Assembly (NCBI RefSeq): GCF_018977255.1
Contig: NW_024704743.1
Span: 76,634,001-76,698,000, forward strand
DNA length: 64,000 nucleotides
From: Callorhinchus milii
Taxonomy: Eukaryota
Reading direction: 5' to 3'
Position numbers and translations under genes: made by a program. Under the pieces are notes generated by a model that did not search any database, was not told the origin of the DNA, and saw only the letters and a list, made by a program, of their open reading frames with translations. Positions 52,740 through 64,000 of the stretch are shown here, in pieces. Numbering within the stretch: the stretch's first letter is position 1; each line of letters opens with the position of its first letter.

Positions 52740-53377
52740 TTCGTGGAAGGCACTATATAAGTGCAAGTTGTAAGTTTTTGTTGTAAATACAATCTGTTGT
52801 TATTGGGTGAGTGGCCTGTATTCCCAGAGTTTAAGCGGAATTCTTCCCACTCAGATCACGTTAACCTTAACGCTAGCGTGGTTCTAGCTGGATAAACAAC
52901 AGAAGCTTGCCAGACAGTGCTTTCAATGGCAAGTTATGCGGGGTTAGCTGGTTAACTTGAAAAAGCACTTGAGTCATTATGGGTGCACAGAATACAATGT
53001 ACATCACACTGATTTGTGAAATCTTGTGATGACCACAGAAACCCTGCAAACCTTTGTCATCTGACTGTCCCCTAAACATACTTTGTTTTAATGTATAATA
53101 TTGCCACAGCTGAGGCCATGGGAGTCGTGATGGTGCACTAAGAAAATTTAAATGACACTTCGAGGCATTATTAATGTAGTGGTTTTGCTGTTTGAGTGCT
53201 TTTTCAACCCCATTGTCTTTAACTGGACTAAATTTAATATCAGATTATTCAGGGTTTCTATCAAGTGAAATTTGTTTCTTAGCTTCTTTCCTAATATTCT
53301 TTAGGTACATAATTAGGGCCAAAATTCAGGCAGTAGCTTATCCAGTTTTGAAGTTTAAATTTTCAACCAAAATATAA

Positions 53378-53532
53378 GATCATAGAATCATAGAATTATA
53401 CAGCACAGAAGGAGGCCATTCGGTCCATCGTGTCTATGCCAGCTATTTTAAAAGAGCTATCCAAATCAATCTCACTTCCCCGTTCTCTCCTTTATAGCCC
53501 TGCAAACTTGTCCTCGACAAATAATTATCTAG
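53378..53532 (-). mobile_element. CR1 3' tail
   Basis: (atcataga)n then cagcacagaaggaggccattcgg. Confidence 0.8.
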
Positions 53533-55154
53533 TTGAAGTTGAGAACGGTAGGGACTCTGGGGTAAAACTGTTGTTATTGGATTACAGTAATAGCCAAAAC
53601 TGTTTGTAACATGTGAAACCAACTGGGAATTCCACATCATATAGCCAGAAAACCGCTGTCTATATTTTTGTTTCATACCCATGGGCTTAAAAGCTGGAAA
53701 CATTTGCATTTTTCTTATGGAGGCCTGAACTTTAGCTTATCGGTGAGCGAACGTCTGCTGTTTCTCTTAGTGACTTACTTCACTTACAGAAGATGATTGC
53801 TGGTTAATTTTAAGTAGCATGACCTAATGAATACCTTGCTTTTCACCCTACTCTTCAAGGATTTTTTTAAAATATCAGCCAGGTGTCTGACACACAAGGG
53901 AACCCATCAGTGTGTCTAGGAGTATCCAAACCAGACAGAGTTCCGTATATGAATCAATGTAGTATTTAACAAGATTTAATCCTGTACTACTTAATGCTGC
54001 CAGATGTCTATACATTGTAGTTTTGGTGATCCTGTTGTTGCTACACAATTTTTTTTGTAAAGAATGAAACTGTAGCTGGAGCGATCAGATTTGTTTGAAA
54101 TGGCAACACCAGAATGAGTATAACTACTTTTTTGTTATGGTTACTCACATAGTGAATTTGTAATGGTGGAGAAACTCATTTAACTACGGGGGACCCTTGT
54201 TATATGCAGTGGTTGGATCTATAAATTTCCGACCCAACTGTAATGAGGCTGCAATAGCAGGTTTCACTGCACATACACATTGCACAACAGGCTGCCTTGC
54301 TCGCAGCCTGTTTGTGCTAAAAAACAGATTAACCTTCAGGTCACAGGTTGGCACTGACGTCACTTTCTATGGTTGGACATGTGCAAAGCAAGAAGTCATA
54401 GCGTCATCTAATTACCTGAAAGTCAGATACTTTAGCGCAAGAGCTATCCAGTGCCAAGGAAGCGAATGCGCTGGCTACACACTTAACACAGCGAATGGGA
54501 CAACACTGATTCTACCACACGTTATAACTGAATCCACCCTATAAAAAGTGAGCTATAATAAGACTGCATTGTAGTTTACTAGAATTGTGAGCAGAAGTGA
54601 ATAACTTTCATTTTGTAAATAAATACTTTTACACCTCATAGTAAATCAAACTGATTTTTGTCAAATTCCGTACACTGGCTACTTTCCAGAGGCAGTATGC
54701 CAGTACATCTACTTTGTGAATGACTTCAAAATAGGCATGAAAGTTGTGAGTGGAACTTTATCTATCATATAATTTTACTTGAATGCTCTGGCTGTTAGTG
54801 ATTGCCATGGACAAGTAGAAGCAGAATCACACAGCCTCCTCAATCTCTAGGAGTATATGTTATGAAAAACATTTCACACGTGGGAGTGATTACCACACTG
54901 CAGTCTCATCCCAAGCTCAGACGAAACTCATAAACTGTTTTTTATGATGTCATCTGAAACTATCCATGTGATTACTGCCAAGTAATCATTTCTGGGTATC
55001 CATTATGTCCCCTGTAGGGCTTATCACTTGCCGTTGGCCAGATGTAACATAAGCCTCTGTGTTACTAACTGCTAAACATAGTTTGGTATTATTCCTGATC
55101 ATAATTTACATTGCAGTATTTCAGTTATTCTGCTCCATAGTCACAGTCATAGTT

Positions 55155-55520
55155 CACAAGAATACAAGAGAAGTACGGATAAGAAAGGCCATTCAGCCCG
55201 TTTTATCTTATGATTCCAGAGTACACACACTACTGTCTTCCCATTAAAGCATCAAGCTGTTTATTTAATGAGCCCAGTTTGCTGGCCCCAACCAACCTTG
55301 CTGGGAACCTGTTCCAGCTGTTTCAGTCCTGAAATTACACTTCACAACACTGAACCTGTTCCTTTTTGTCCAGTTACCTTCTCATAAGTAAAAGTATTGT
55401 TCTGGGTTACTTTCTTAATTCAGTTTTCCATCTTATGTACATCTATATGGTTTCCTCTAAGATAGCTCTTTTCATGAGTGAAAAGCCCTGGTTGCTAAGT
55501 TGTTGCTCTTGGCTCAATAT
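55155..55520 (-). mobile_element. Decayed CR1 3' end
   Basis: acaagaatacaagaga..aaaggccattcagccc..gggaacctgttccag. Confidence 0.6.
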
Positions 55521-56789
55521 TATGTCAGAAAAAGGGTAATTTTATGTCACTGATGCAAGTTATGAGGAGAGGAGTCAGAGAGTTTGCAGAGAATACTGTA
55601 CTAAGTTCTATAAAGATTACTTTGGAATGATAAATTTTATTCACAAAAATGTAATACTTTGAAATGCTAAGACATCCAATTTTTTTTTGTTGCTGTTTAC
55701 AGTTTATTTAGTGCAAGTCTTCAAAATCCGGGTCATAAAACTGAAAAAATAAATGACTAATAGTAAATGCAATTCTGTATATTTTATTACATTGCTGTAT
55801 TTTCCTGGATATGTCATTCAAAGTTCACTTGATTCAGTCCTAAGTACATTCACAAAACAGAAATAAACAGTAAATATCGTACTTCCTTTATTTCATTCAG
55901 GAAAAATATTTAAGTGTTTCCTTCTTAAAATTTTTGGCAGTTAATTTTTATCTCCACCTGAATCCACTGATTATCTCCTGAGCTGATATCTTATGCGAGA
56001 TCAGCTTCCAAAAGTGTCATATAACATGGATTCAATTGCAAAGGTCACATTGCAGTGACACGCATTGCATGCATTGTTTGTCAAATAGTATTTGCCAAAG
56101 CGTCACTTCTTTAACACTGTTTATTAGTTTGCATCTGGAAATGCATGTTGCTCTGGACTTGGTCCAGATTCGAGGGTTATTTATAGATAGAGTGAAGGCC
56201 TATTCTAGACAGCATCCCTTTTTGGTAGTCTGTTTAAGTTGTAGTTTGGAACTATCAAAGCCCAATGTGCACAACTTCCACCATCAATATAGCCTGTTGT
56301 CACAAATCAGGATCTCTGGGTGCACTCTGGATACTTTTCTCTCAGTTTGAAATAGTGCAACCTTGACATACATCCTGCTGGACTGAGGTTGTAATTAAAT
56401 TCTCTGGTTCTTTTTGGTACAATTCTAGCTAAACTGTCCAGACTCGAGGGTGCAGAGGAAATCAATGAGTATTAAAGGGATAATAATAATAACAATAATG
56501 AGACATATGCCAGAGTTGTACGTAATACTTCAGATGTAGCCTGACCAGAGAACCATATGACTTGAAAATAACTTCTGGGAATTTGAATGCAGCTGACTTG
56601 GAAATTTAGCCCAGCATTCTTTTTGCTTTGCGTATTGCAGTTTCATGCTGTTTGCAATTGCTGAACATCTTGCATTTGATATATTGCCCTTTTCATGTAT
56701 TTTGTAGGCAAATATCGCATCAACTTTGCATCTAGCAGTGTCCCCTCAAACAGCTATCAAGTGTCATATGGGTCTTTTATTTCTCCACT

Positions 56790-57072
56790 CCTCTACCCAA
56801 CCCCTTCGCTTGAACGGCTCGTCCTCCTGTGTGTCTCCCGGACTATCCACTCCACCATCACCAGTCATGCCTTCAGCCACTACACCCCGAACCTATGGAA
56901 CTCCCTGCCTCAATCCCTCTCCTATTTACCTACTTTCAAGCCGCATCTGAAAACTTTGCTCTTTGACTGTGCCCCTTTTCTCCTTCGGGTCTGTGTCAAA
57001 ATCTGCCTTTGTTCAGTGCTCCAAGATACTACCCTGCATGAAGGGCACTATATAAAGCAAGTTAATGTTATT
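56790..57072 (+). mobile_element. L2 3' end
   Basis: HAFSHYTPNLWNSLPQSL..FKPHLKTLLFD plus tail. Confidence 0.85.
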
Positions 57073-57122
57073 GATGATATTTGTATGTACTTCCAGTAAC
57101 TGATTCTTCATTTTTGATTCAG

Positions 57123-57230
57123 GCTATGAAACTATCCCAGAGTCTGACCTAGAAGCTAAATCACCAGAGCATGAAACGGCAGAAAAGCACAGCAAAAGTA
57201 TACAAGCAACAAAGAAGAAATCCAATCCGG
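57123..57230 (+). CDS. BBS9: BBS9 probable penultimate coding exon, 108 bp, phase 1-1
   Basis: ttttgattcag acceptor and gtaagg donor. Translates (G)YETIPESDLEAKSPEHETAEKHSKSIQATKKKSNP; the TIPESDLE motif matches the BBS9 tail and the phase is compatible. Confidence 0.88.
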
Positions 57231-57469
57231 GTAAGGTTGAAAATAAGAATACTTTAAAATATAGCATACGTTAAACGTATTTCCATTTTTTGCAGAAGTT
57301 TCCCTTAATGTTAACACATGGTCAGCAGTCTTTTAGCTCAGAGGTTTGGACAAGTCTTGAACGCAAACTTCTCCCTTACTGCTGTTGATACTGTCCCATG
57401 ATTGTCTGCCAAGACAAGTAATTTTAGCTGGCAAGCTTAATGTTACGTTTAATGTGTCCACACGTTGAA

Positions 57470-57930
57470 CAACAACAACTTGGATTTATACAGTGCCCTC
57501 CACGCCGGACGGCATCTCAGAGTGCTTCACAGTTACGGATCCTGGGGCTGAGCCAGGGGGAGGAAGGTGACCAAAGACACGGTCGAAAAGAAAGGTCTTC
57601 AGCCGAGACCTGAAAATAGGAAGAGAGTGGGCGAGGCGAAGTGAGTGAGGAAAGAAGTTCCAGAGCCTTGGGGCATAGTGGCTGAAGGCACGGCTGCCGA
57701 GGGTGGAGTGGAGGACTCGGGGGATGAGGAGGAGGCCAGACCCGAGGAACGAAGGCAACGGGCACTGATTTGAGGAGAGAGGAGGCCAGAGAGGTAGGGG
57801 GTGCAGAGGAGTGGAGGGATTTGAAGACAAGGGTGAGGATCTTGAAGTCGATCCTTTCTGGGACAGGCAGCCAGTGCAGTCTGGCAAGGACTGGGGTGAT
57901 CGGGGAGCGGAGTTTGGTACAGGTGAACAC
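57470..57930 (-). mobile_element. L2 3' end
   Basis: [23 protein letters not shown]...[33 protein letters not shown] at 57465-57469 and 57931-57935. Confidence 0.92.
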
Positions 57931-59136
57931 TTGAATTGCTTCATTAACTGACTGAGGCATGCTCACTTCCATCAGTGACAGACAATCCTGAGAAATAAAT
58001 TGGCAACGGTCTGGTTAATGCTCAATAAGCTGCATTTTTTGACTACCTGCAATGGTTAACAGTTTTTATGAAAGTCACTAACCCTTTGCCCAACAGAATA
58101 AAGGAAACAAATTCTGAATGTGGATCATCGGTGTATTGCATTCATTTAAAAACTGTCTGTTACAGAACATTTGTAAGCATTTTTTTTGTCAAAATGATTT
58201 CAACATTTACATTGAAACTGAGAAACTTAGATGAAGAGCCAAGGATTGGCCTGAAAGAAATGTTAATCGGAATAAGAAAGAGGAAAGCTAGATCATGAAG
58301 CTGGATGAGGTTAAACTTGGGTTGTAAAAAACTGTAAATTGAAAGAGGAGGAAGGAAGAACAAGGAAAGTTGAAGAGTTTGATCATTTTGACATCCTTCT
58401 CTGCAGGAAGCTGGTTTGTCAATGCCAGAAGCTGCGCATTCTGTGTTTCTGGTTAGTGTGGGTCCACAGGGTTAGGGCTAGGGTTATGAGAGGGCAGGGG
58501 AGGGGTGTTATAACGGGATTTTTCTATATCTCTAAAATAGAGAAAGACAAGAATGGTTCAAAGAGGGAGACAAGAGGTCAGACAATAGACCTTTATTTTG
58601 TTCTTTTCAGGAGTGTGTGAGAGGTTTTGTAAGCATATCCTCAGAAATGGTAGGTTTTAGTTCACAGCAAACTTAGGCTTAATAAAAAAATACCAAATGT
58701 GTATAAAACAGTCATTTGACAACAATTTTGTTAAGCTTTTCAGATGTTTCAAAGTGATAAGATATTATAAAAATAGAAATTCTTCCAATTTCATCCAAAT
58801 CTGTAAATCAACAGTGTATGGGAAATATTTCCTTTTAAAGATGGAATCATATAACCATGATGCAGTTACCTGCATTAATTGTATTAAGTCAATTCTCTTC
58901 ATAAAGTTCTCAGCCATAACACAATCTTTGATATTATTTAGGTACTATTATAAATAATGAACCCACTTAGGTTCTCCTCAATTAAACACTTATTGTGCAG
59001 TTTCCAATTTTTTAAGGGTTCTATTAATAGAAATTGTAATTAAAAACTGTACCAGCATTTTCATTATTTTCCACTATAATAGTGTTAATGACAGCGAAGC
59101 ATCACGAGTAACCCTTATTGATTTTTATGTATTCAG

Positions 59137-59159
59137 ATTCACACAAAACAAGTTCTTAA
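59137..59159 (+). CDS. BBS9: Candidate BBS9 terminal coding exon ((D)SHKTSS*)
   Basis: atttttatgtattcag acceptor with upstream gtaac; a phase-1 join gives a short peptide then TAA. No homology support, and an alternative acceptor exists near 58610. Confidence 0.25.
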
Positions 59160-59589
59160 ATGTGTGTACAATGTTTCTGCTGTAGTTTTTTTTCCATTAT
59201 TTTCATAGGTGTCAAATTTAGCTTTCCAGTACAAAGTAGGATTAAGACTCAGGTAACAGTTTATGCAAGACGGATAAATCAAGTATCCATCATCGATTAA
59301 ATAATTGACTTTTGTTACAGAAAATAAGTATATAAAACTTCCAATGAAATGTTTGCATTGCAAAGATAAACAAAAAAATGGACAATTTACAGTCCTCTAG
59401 CTGTTTCTAGAGCACCTGAAGATGACATTGCTAAACACTCAGCTAGATTTGCTGGGTAAAATTTTCCTGATGCTGAAACACTTACCCTAGCAACAGCTAT
59501 ATGATTCTTTGTCATTAATTTAATTTTCTTCTTGGTAATTGTGATTTTATCAGCATAAACACTATATTGCATTGTAGAGATGTCTTGCT

Positions 59590-59908
59590 AGCACCTATAA
59601 ATCCCTTCATGTCCTCGCAATTCCTGTCTCTGTGGTCGTCTCCTTCTGCTCACCTCCTCTGCTGAGCTAACCTGGGCCTGCTACGTATCCCCCTACACAC
59701 TGCTATTGTTGGCTAGGCCTTCAGCAGTTACTCCCTATGAAACTCCTTGCCTCTACCCATTCATCTAGCCATCTCTCTGTTTTTAAATCCCTTAAAAACC
59801 TCTCTTTGATCGTACCTATGGTCACCTCACTGTCCCTCTCTTTCCTTGCCCGGCTCCTAGACATGTTCCTTTATGAAGGGAGCAATATAAATGCAAGTAA
59901 TTGTTGCT
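59590..59908 (+). mobile_element. Decayed L2 3' end
   Basis: aggccttcagc...cttaaaaacctctctttgatcg...gaagggagcaatataaatgcaag. Confidence 0.65.
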
Positions 59909-61212
59909 GTGCTTCTGAGCACAGGGACCAGCTTCACAACCTATTCAATCTAGTTATTATCCCAATTATTGGTTTTATCCCAATATCAGCAGCTTGCACA
60001 GTTTCAGTGCCCAACATTATAATTTGTCAGACTGATAAATGTTCCATTGATAGAAGGAAGTTATATTTTCCTGTAATTCTCACGCCAAGCAATTTTGTAA
60101 AGAATAGTGTACTACGTTCAGACAATTTAAATCATTTGGATAGAAAAAGACTAAATGGTTATTTTCGAGCAACTCAAAGTGTCAGTAAATATTTTGGATT
60201 GCACAGTTCATTTTCTGGTTTGTTTGTTAGCATATTTTTTCAGAGCTGACAACAGATTATTTAGAAGGCTCCTTTCCAGGTCAACATTGACTCATATGTC
60301 CGAAATGGGAAAATGGTGAAATTGCAGGCCTGGAGATGGATATATAAATATTGCAACACCGTAGTACAAGTTTGTATTGTAGACATTGCTGCAAATATTG
60401 ATCTCCATAACAATTGGCTCCACAACTCACCATGTGTTTAAATGAAAAAAAATAATATTCACGTATCCTACTATTTACTGCTTGACCATATTCCACTGGA
60501 TCTAGACCAAAGTATGATATGGTTTATTTTTTCTTTTGCTTTACTAAATGAAAGTTTTCTTATAGGAAGAGTAGGATTTTTTTTGCAGTATTACAAAAGA
60601 CAAAATGTTGTACACAATCTCTTACAACAAAGTGTGTGTTCATACAGTACGATCTGCTTCATGCAGTCGGTCTTAGCAGCTGCCTACCTGGCCATGCTCC
60701 AAGGTATTAGCTTCTGTAACTGCACTTATCGCTGGGTTGTTTGGAGGATTGGCTTAATGGAATTAAGAGCGTGACCTTAAAACACAGCAGTCACCTCTTT
60801 ACCTCTAGTGAAGTATGAGCTTTTTTCCTCAGAACGTGATTCATGTACCAGTATTCCACTTACATTTCACTTAAGTAAGTACCTGATAAGAGAACAGTGC
60901 AGTTAACAGAATGCACACAGGAAAACCCTAAAACCATTTTCAGCAACAGCCTTTGAAATTAATTCTGATCAGTGAATGCATTTGCTGTACAATCCAGTTA
61001 AAGTGCATGTATCATCTCACAGGGGAGGTGAGGAAGCTGCGTAATTATAGTAATGGCCTGGAAACATCTAAGTCATTAACCATATTGATATATTTGCTTA
61101 GTACTGTGAAATATGACAACACCATTTGATCCCACCATAGCCTTTGCACCTAAATTGTTTTGGAAGAGTTTCAAAGGTCCATCTTCATTCAGTCTTTTAA
61201 CTGTGTGATTGT

Positions 61213-61632
61213 CTGCCTCGGTTGATGGCGCTCATTCCTCTGAGTTAGAAGATTGTGGGTTCAAGCCGCATGTTGGGATTTGGAACTCATATAGTTTAAA
61301 ATGAGACTCCAGTCCAGCGCTAGAGGTATGCTGTATTGTCATTGCTGTCCTTCAGATGAGATGTTAAACAAAGGCCCCCGTCTACCTGTTCAGGTGGGGT
61401 TAAAGATCTCATGGCACTATTTGAAAAGATAAGGAGTTTCTTTCGATGTCCTGGCCAACCATCGCCCAGATAAAATGCCTGATTCACTATATGGCTGTTT
61501 GTAGGACATTGCTGTCCAAAATTGGCTGCTGGTTCGCCTACAAATATAATCACTACAAACAAACAAACAAATCAATCAATCAATCAATCCTGTGAAGGCC
61601 CTTTATCAAATTCAAGAATTATTATTATTATT
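61213..61632 (+). mobile_element. Near full-length SacSINE1/AmnSINE1-like DeuSINE
   Basis: tRNA-like head (gtgggttcaagcc), Deu domain tgctgtccttcagatgagatgttaaac..aagatctcatggcactatttgaa..gtcctggccaa..gctgtttgtaggacattgctgt, (tta)n tail. Confidence 0.8.
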
Positions 61633-61649
61633 TGTTAAAATTCCCAACC

Positions 61650-61950
61650 TGCGCTGCATTAAGTAGGGGATGCAGTTGGAGCACTACAATTGACCTCCAT
61701 TGCTGTGGTTTAGGGAGGTAAAATTTAGCTAAGGTCCCCACTCCTGATTGCTGTTGTTCTTATGGAAGGCGTGCATGTATGGATTTTGTCTGAGGACAGT
61801 ACTGGGTTTAGCGGTGACTCTCCCTTCAGTCAAATATATAACTGACACTTGCTGTCGAGGTTCATGTGAATGATTGCTGGGCAATTGAACAAGCTACTGA
61901 AGAATAGCCAGCACTTGTGAATCCATCCACCAATAGAAATAAAACAAGTC
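61650..61950 (+). mobile_element. Ancient SINE, AmnSINE2-like (related pieces near 39570-39650 and 49785-49900)
   Basis: ctacaattgacctc..tagggaggtaaaatttagc..ctcctgattgct..gaggacag; family name from memory only. Confidence 0.45.
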
Positions 61951-63189
61951 AAAATGACATCAGGAGGGAAGGGGAAAAAATGGAAAACAAATGCAAAGGA
62001 AACGAGAGCCCAGTGACCTCCTTCCCGACTTGTGGAGAAACACCAGAGCTCTATTCAGCCCAAGTTGAGCAGGCCCAGATTTCACTGTATGGGCAGTCAG
62101 GCATGTGGCCCTGAATTCTACCAGTCTGCATTATTCCAAGTTTTTCATTTTAACCCATTCACTGTCTAGACATCACCTTTGTTCTGCATTGTGTCTCTTG
62201 TGGCTACATTCAACACTTGATTTTTTGCTGTCTACAAAAACAAAAGAAGATATAATTATCTGTGTGATATTTTATATTTCATAAGCTCTTTGATTGAAGT
62301 TGAAAGCATACCTTGAATACTTCTAAACAGCACGCCTTCAAATAATTGCCTGTGGATTCCTGATAAATAAAGGAGGAGGACACCTCCTGTTTGGACAAAA
62401 TGAGTACACATTTCTGGCAAGCAGGTTATTTGCTTAACAGATGTATCTGCACAAATGCCAATACAATCCAATCCCACTATTAATTTTCTGATTAGTTGCT
62501 CGACTACAGTCTCTGCCTTCTGCCCAATTTGTAACCTCATTTATTACAGAATGCTAACTGCTGCATCACTTGGTATTGAGTGAACCACAGCTGCGATAGT
62601 AACACTTTATGGTGTGTTCCTGAGACCGGAGATTGCAGTGGAAGTGATTCTAAATGGTGCCTCCTTTATAATGAATGAGTTAAAACTAATTGTAAATATA
62701 TTTTGTTAATTTTGTTAAATGAGCCAGTCAACCCTTTTTTTATAAACCTGGCTGAGAGTATATCATTGCATTCTTGTTTCGGATGGGTTCTCAATTCAGA
62801 TCATCTTTATAGCCCCAAGTTTTATGAATATAATTTAGATTTTTTCAAAAGGAAAAAGCAAGGATGTTTCTGCACCATATTTTAGGTTTCTTTGATCCAT
62901 GGGAGCTGGGCCAATAGCAGTAACATATAAAATTATTAATGATGTCTATAAATTTATTAATGATGTCTGTATACCCCTTTTTCCTCATAACTGCTATAAA
63001 TCTTACTATAAAGTTACTGACAGCATTTAATATGTGTATTATTCTGCTTCATTTGTTTGACTAGAAATGTGCACGCTGGGCCAGCAGCTGACCTCCCCCC
63101 TGCTATACAGAAGCCTCCCTTAGTTCATTTTGCTTCTTATTGTTGGCACAGTTCCTTTTGTTGTCTCTCATGTTGCAGAGTTTCACTTC

Positions 63190-63308
63190 ATGGCTGTTTG
63201 TGGGACATTGCTGAGCATAAACTGCCTGACAGGTTTCACCCACAAAATACAGTCAGGACGTTTCAATGACGCGATAAGGTGCTATATCAAATTCAAGGAT
63301 TATTTATA
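63190..63308 (+). mobile_element. SINE 3' fragment
   Basis: ggctgtttgtgggacattgctg...gctatatcaaattcaaggattat. Confidence 0.7.
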
Positions 63309-63320
63309 TCAGTGGTGAGG

Positions 63321-63589
63321 AGCCTTTTTAGTCGGCCAACAAAATAAATGTTTATTTATTTAATTTTTCTTCAATTATGGCCCTCTGTGGGAATCTCAGC
63401 TCGGTAATTCCTGGAAACAAGGTATTGGTTTAGCATGGACTTGCCTGTACTGGTGCAGGTGTCCGGCAGGCCACTTCAAGAGGTCACTTTTGGGGCATCA
63501 AGAAGTGCCTGCCGATACCCACGGCGCGGCCATAAATGAAGAAAAACTTAATGAACAACAATGTATTTGGTGGGCCGAGCCAAAAGGCT
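63321..63589. mobile_element. Palindromic MITE-like element
   Basis: Imperfect terminal inverted repeats of about 60-70 bp (agcctttt...tttttcttcaattatggcc / ggccataaatgaagaaaaa...aaaaggct). Confidence 0.7.
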
Positions 63590-64000
63590 GGCATCATTCT
63601 GCTATTTTGCAAGCCAGCAGTTAGTCTTTTCCTGCTGTCTTCATCGTATTGTATTTTTTTCGACTTTCTCAAGCTTTACTTTGTTTATAATAATCATAAT
63701 CCTTGTTATAGCACCTTATCATGCTATCGCTCTTCTTTGTTTCTTTAAAGATGCAAAATTCTCACACCATTTTCACCAGTACAACCCAAAACAGCCCATA
63801 TTGCCATTTTATAATGTGTCTGGAGGCTCAAAATGCACCACCAAATCTCAGGAGATGTTATTGAGCCTGTGCCATAGGATCCGCAATTTAAAGGTGGATT
63901 AGGGTAGGTTGCTGTGAGCTACACTCAAAAGTGTTCCCAGCTTTTTGCAACATGCTGCTACTGTTATTTGACTAGGAGTGATCCACCAAACAAATTCTAA

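Noticed and set aside
59737..60249. 170-aa ORF and other short ORFs in the track
   Set aside because: Begins in a decayed L2; no recognisable domain or splice structure

Overview
AT-rich vertebrate genomic DNA. The repeat content (L2 and CR1 LINEs, tRNA/Deu-type SINEs, Penelope-like fragments) suggests a cartilaginous fish, probably a holocephalan; this is inference. The window lies in the 3' part of BBS9 (PTHB1, BBSome subunit) on the + strand. Three in-phase GT-AG coding exons are visible (24782-24964, 35086-35305, 57123-57230), plus an uncertain terminal exon. The rest is intron or flank filled with 5'-truncated retroelements, a 28S rRNA-derived fragment, an unclassified dispersed repeat, and local duplications and palindromes. 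The most unusual signal is at retroelement junctions. Two independent insertions, one L2 and one CR1, carry the element's 3' tail repeat at BOTH ends in inverted orientation inside a clean target-site duplication (TSD). Other junctions show templated or snap-back filler DNA, and L2 copies sit inside the 3' stem-loops of older L2/SINE copies. Two young L2 copies share a C-terminal frameshift. No prokaryotic system or CRISPR array is present. Family names come from recognition, not database searches, and repeat boundaries are approximate.
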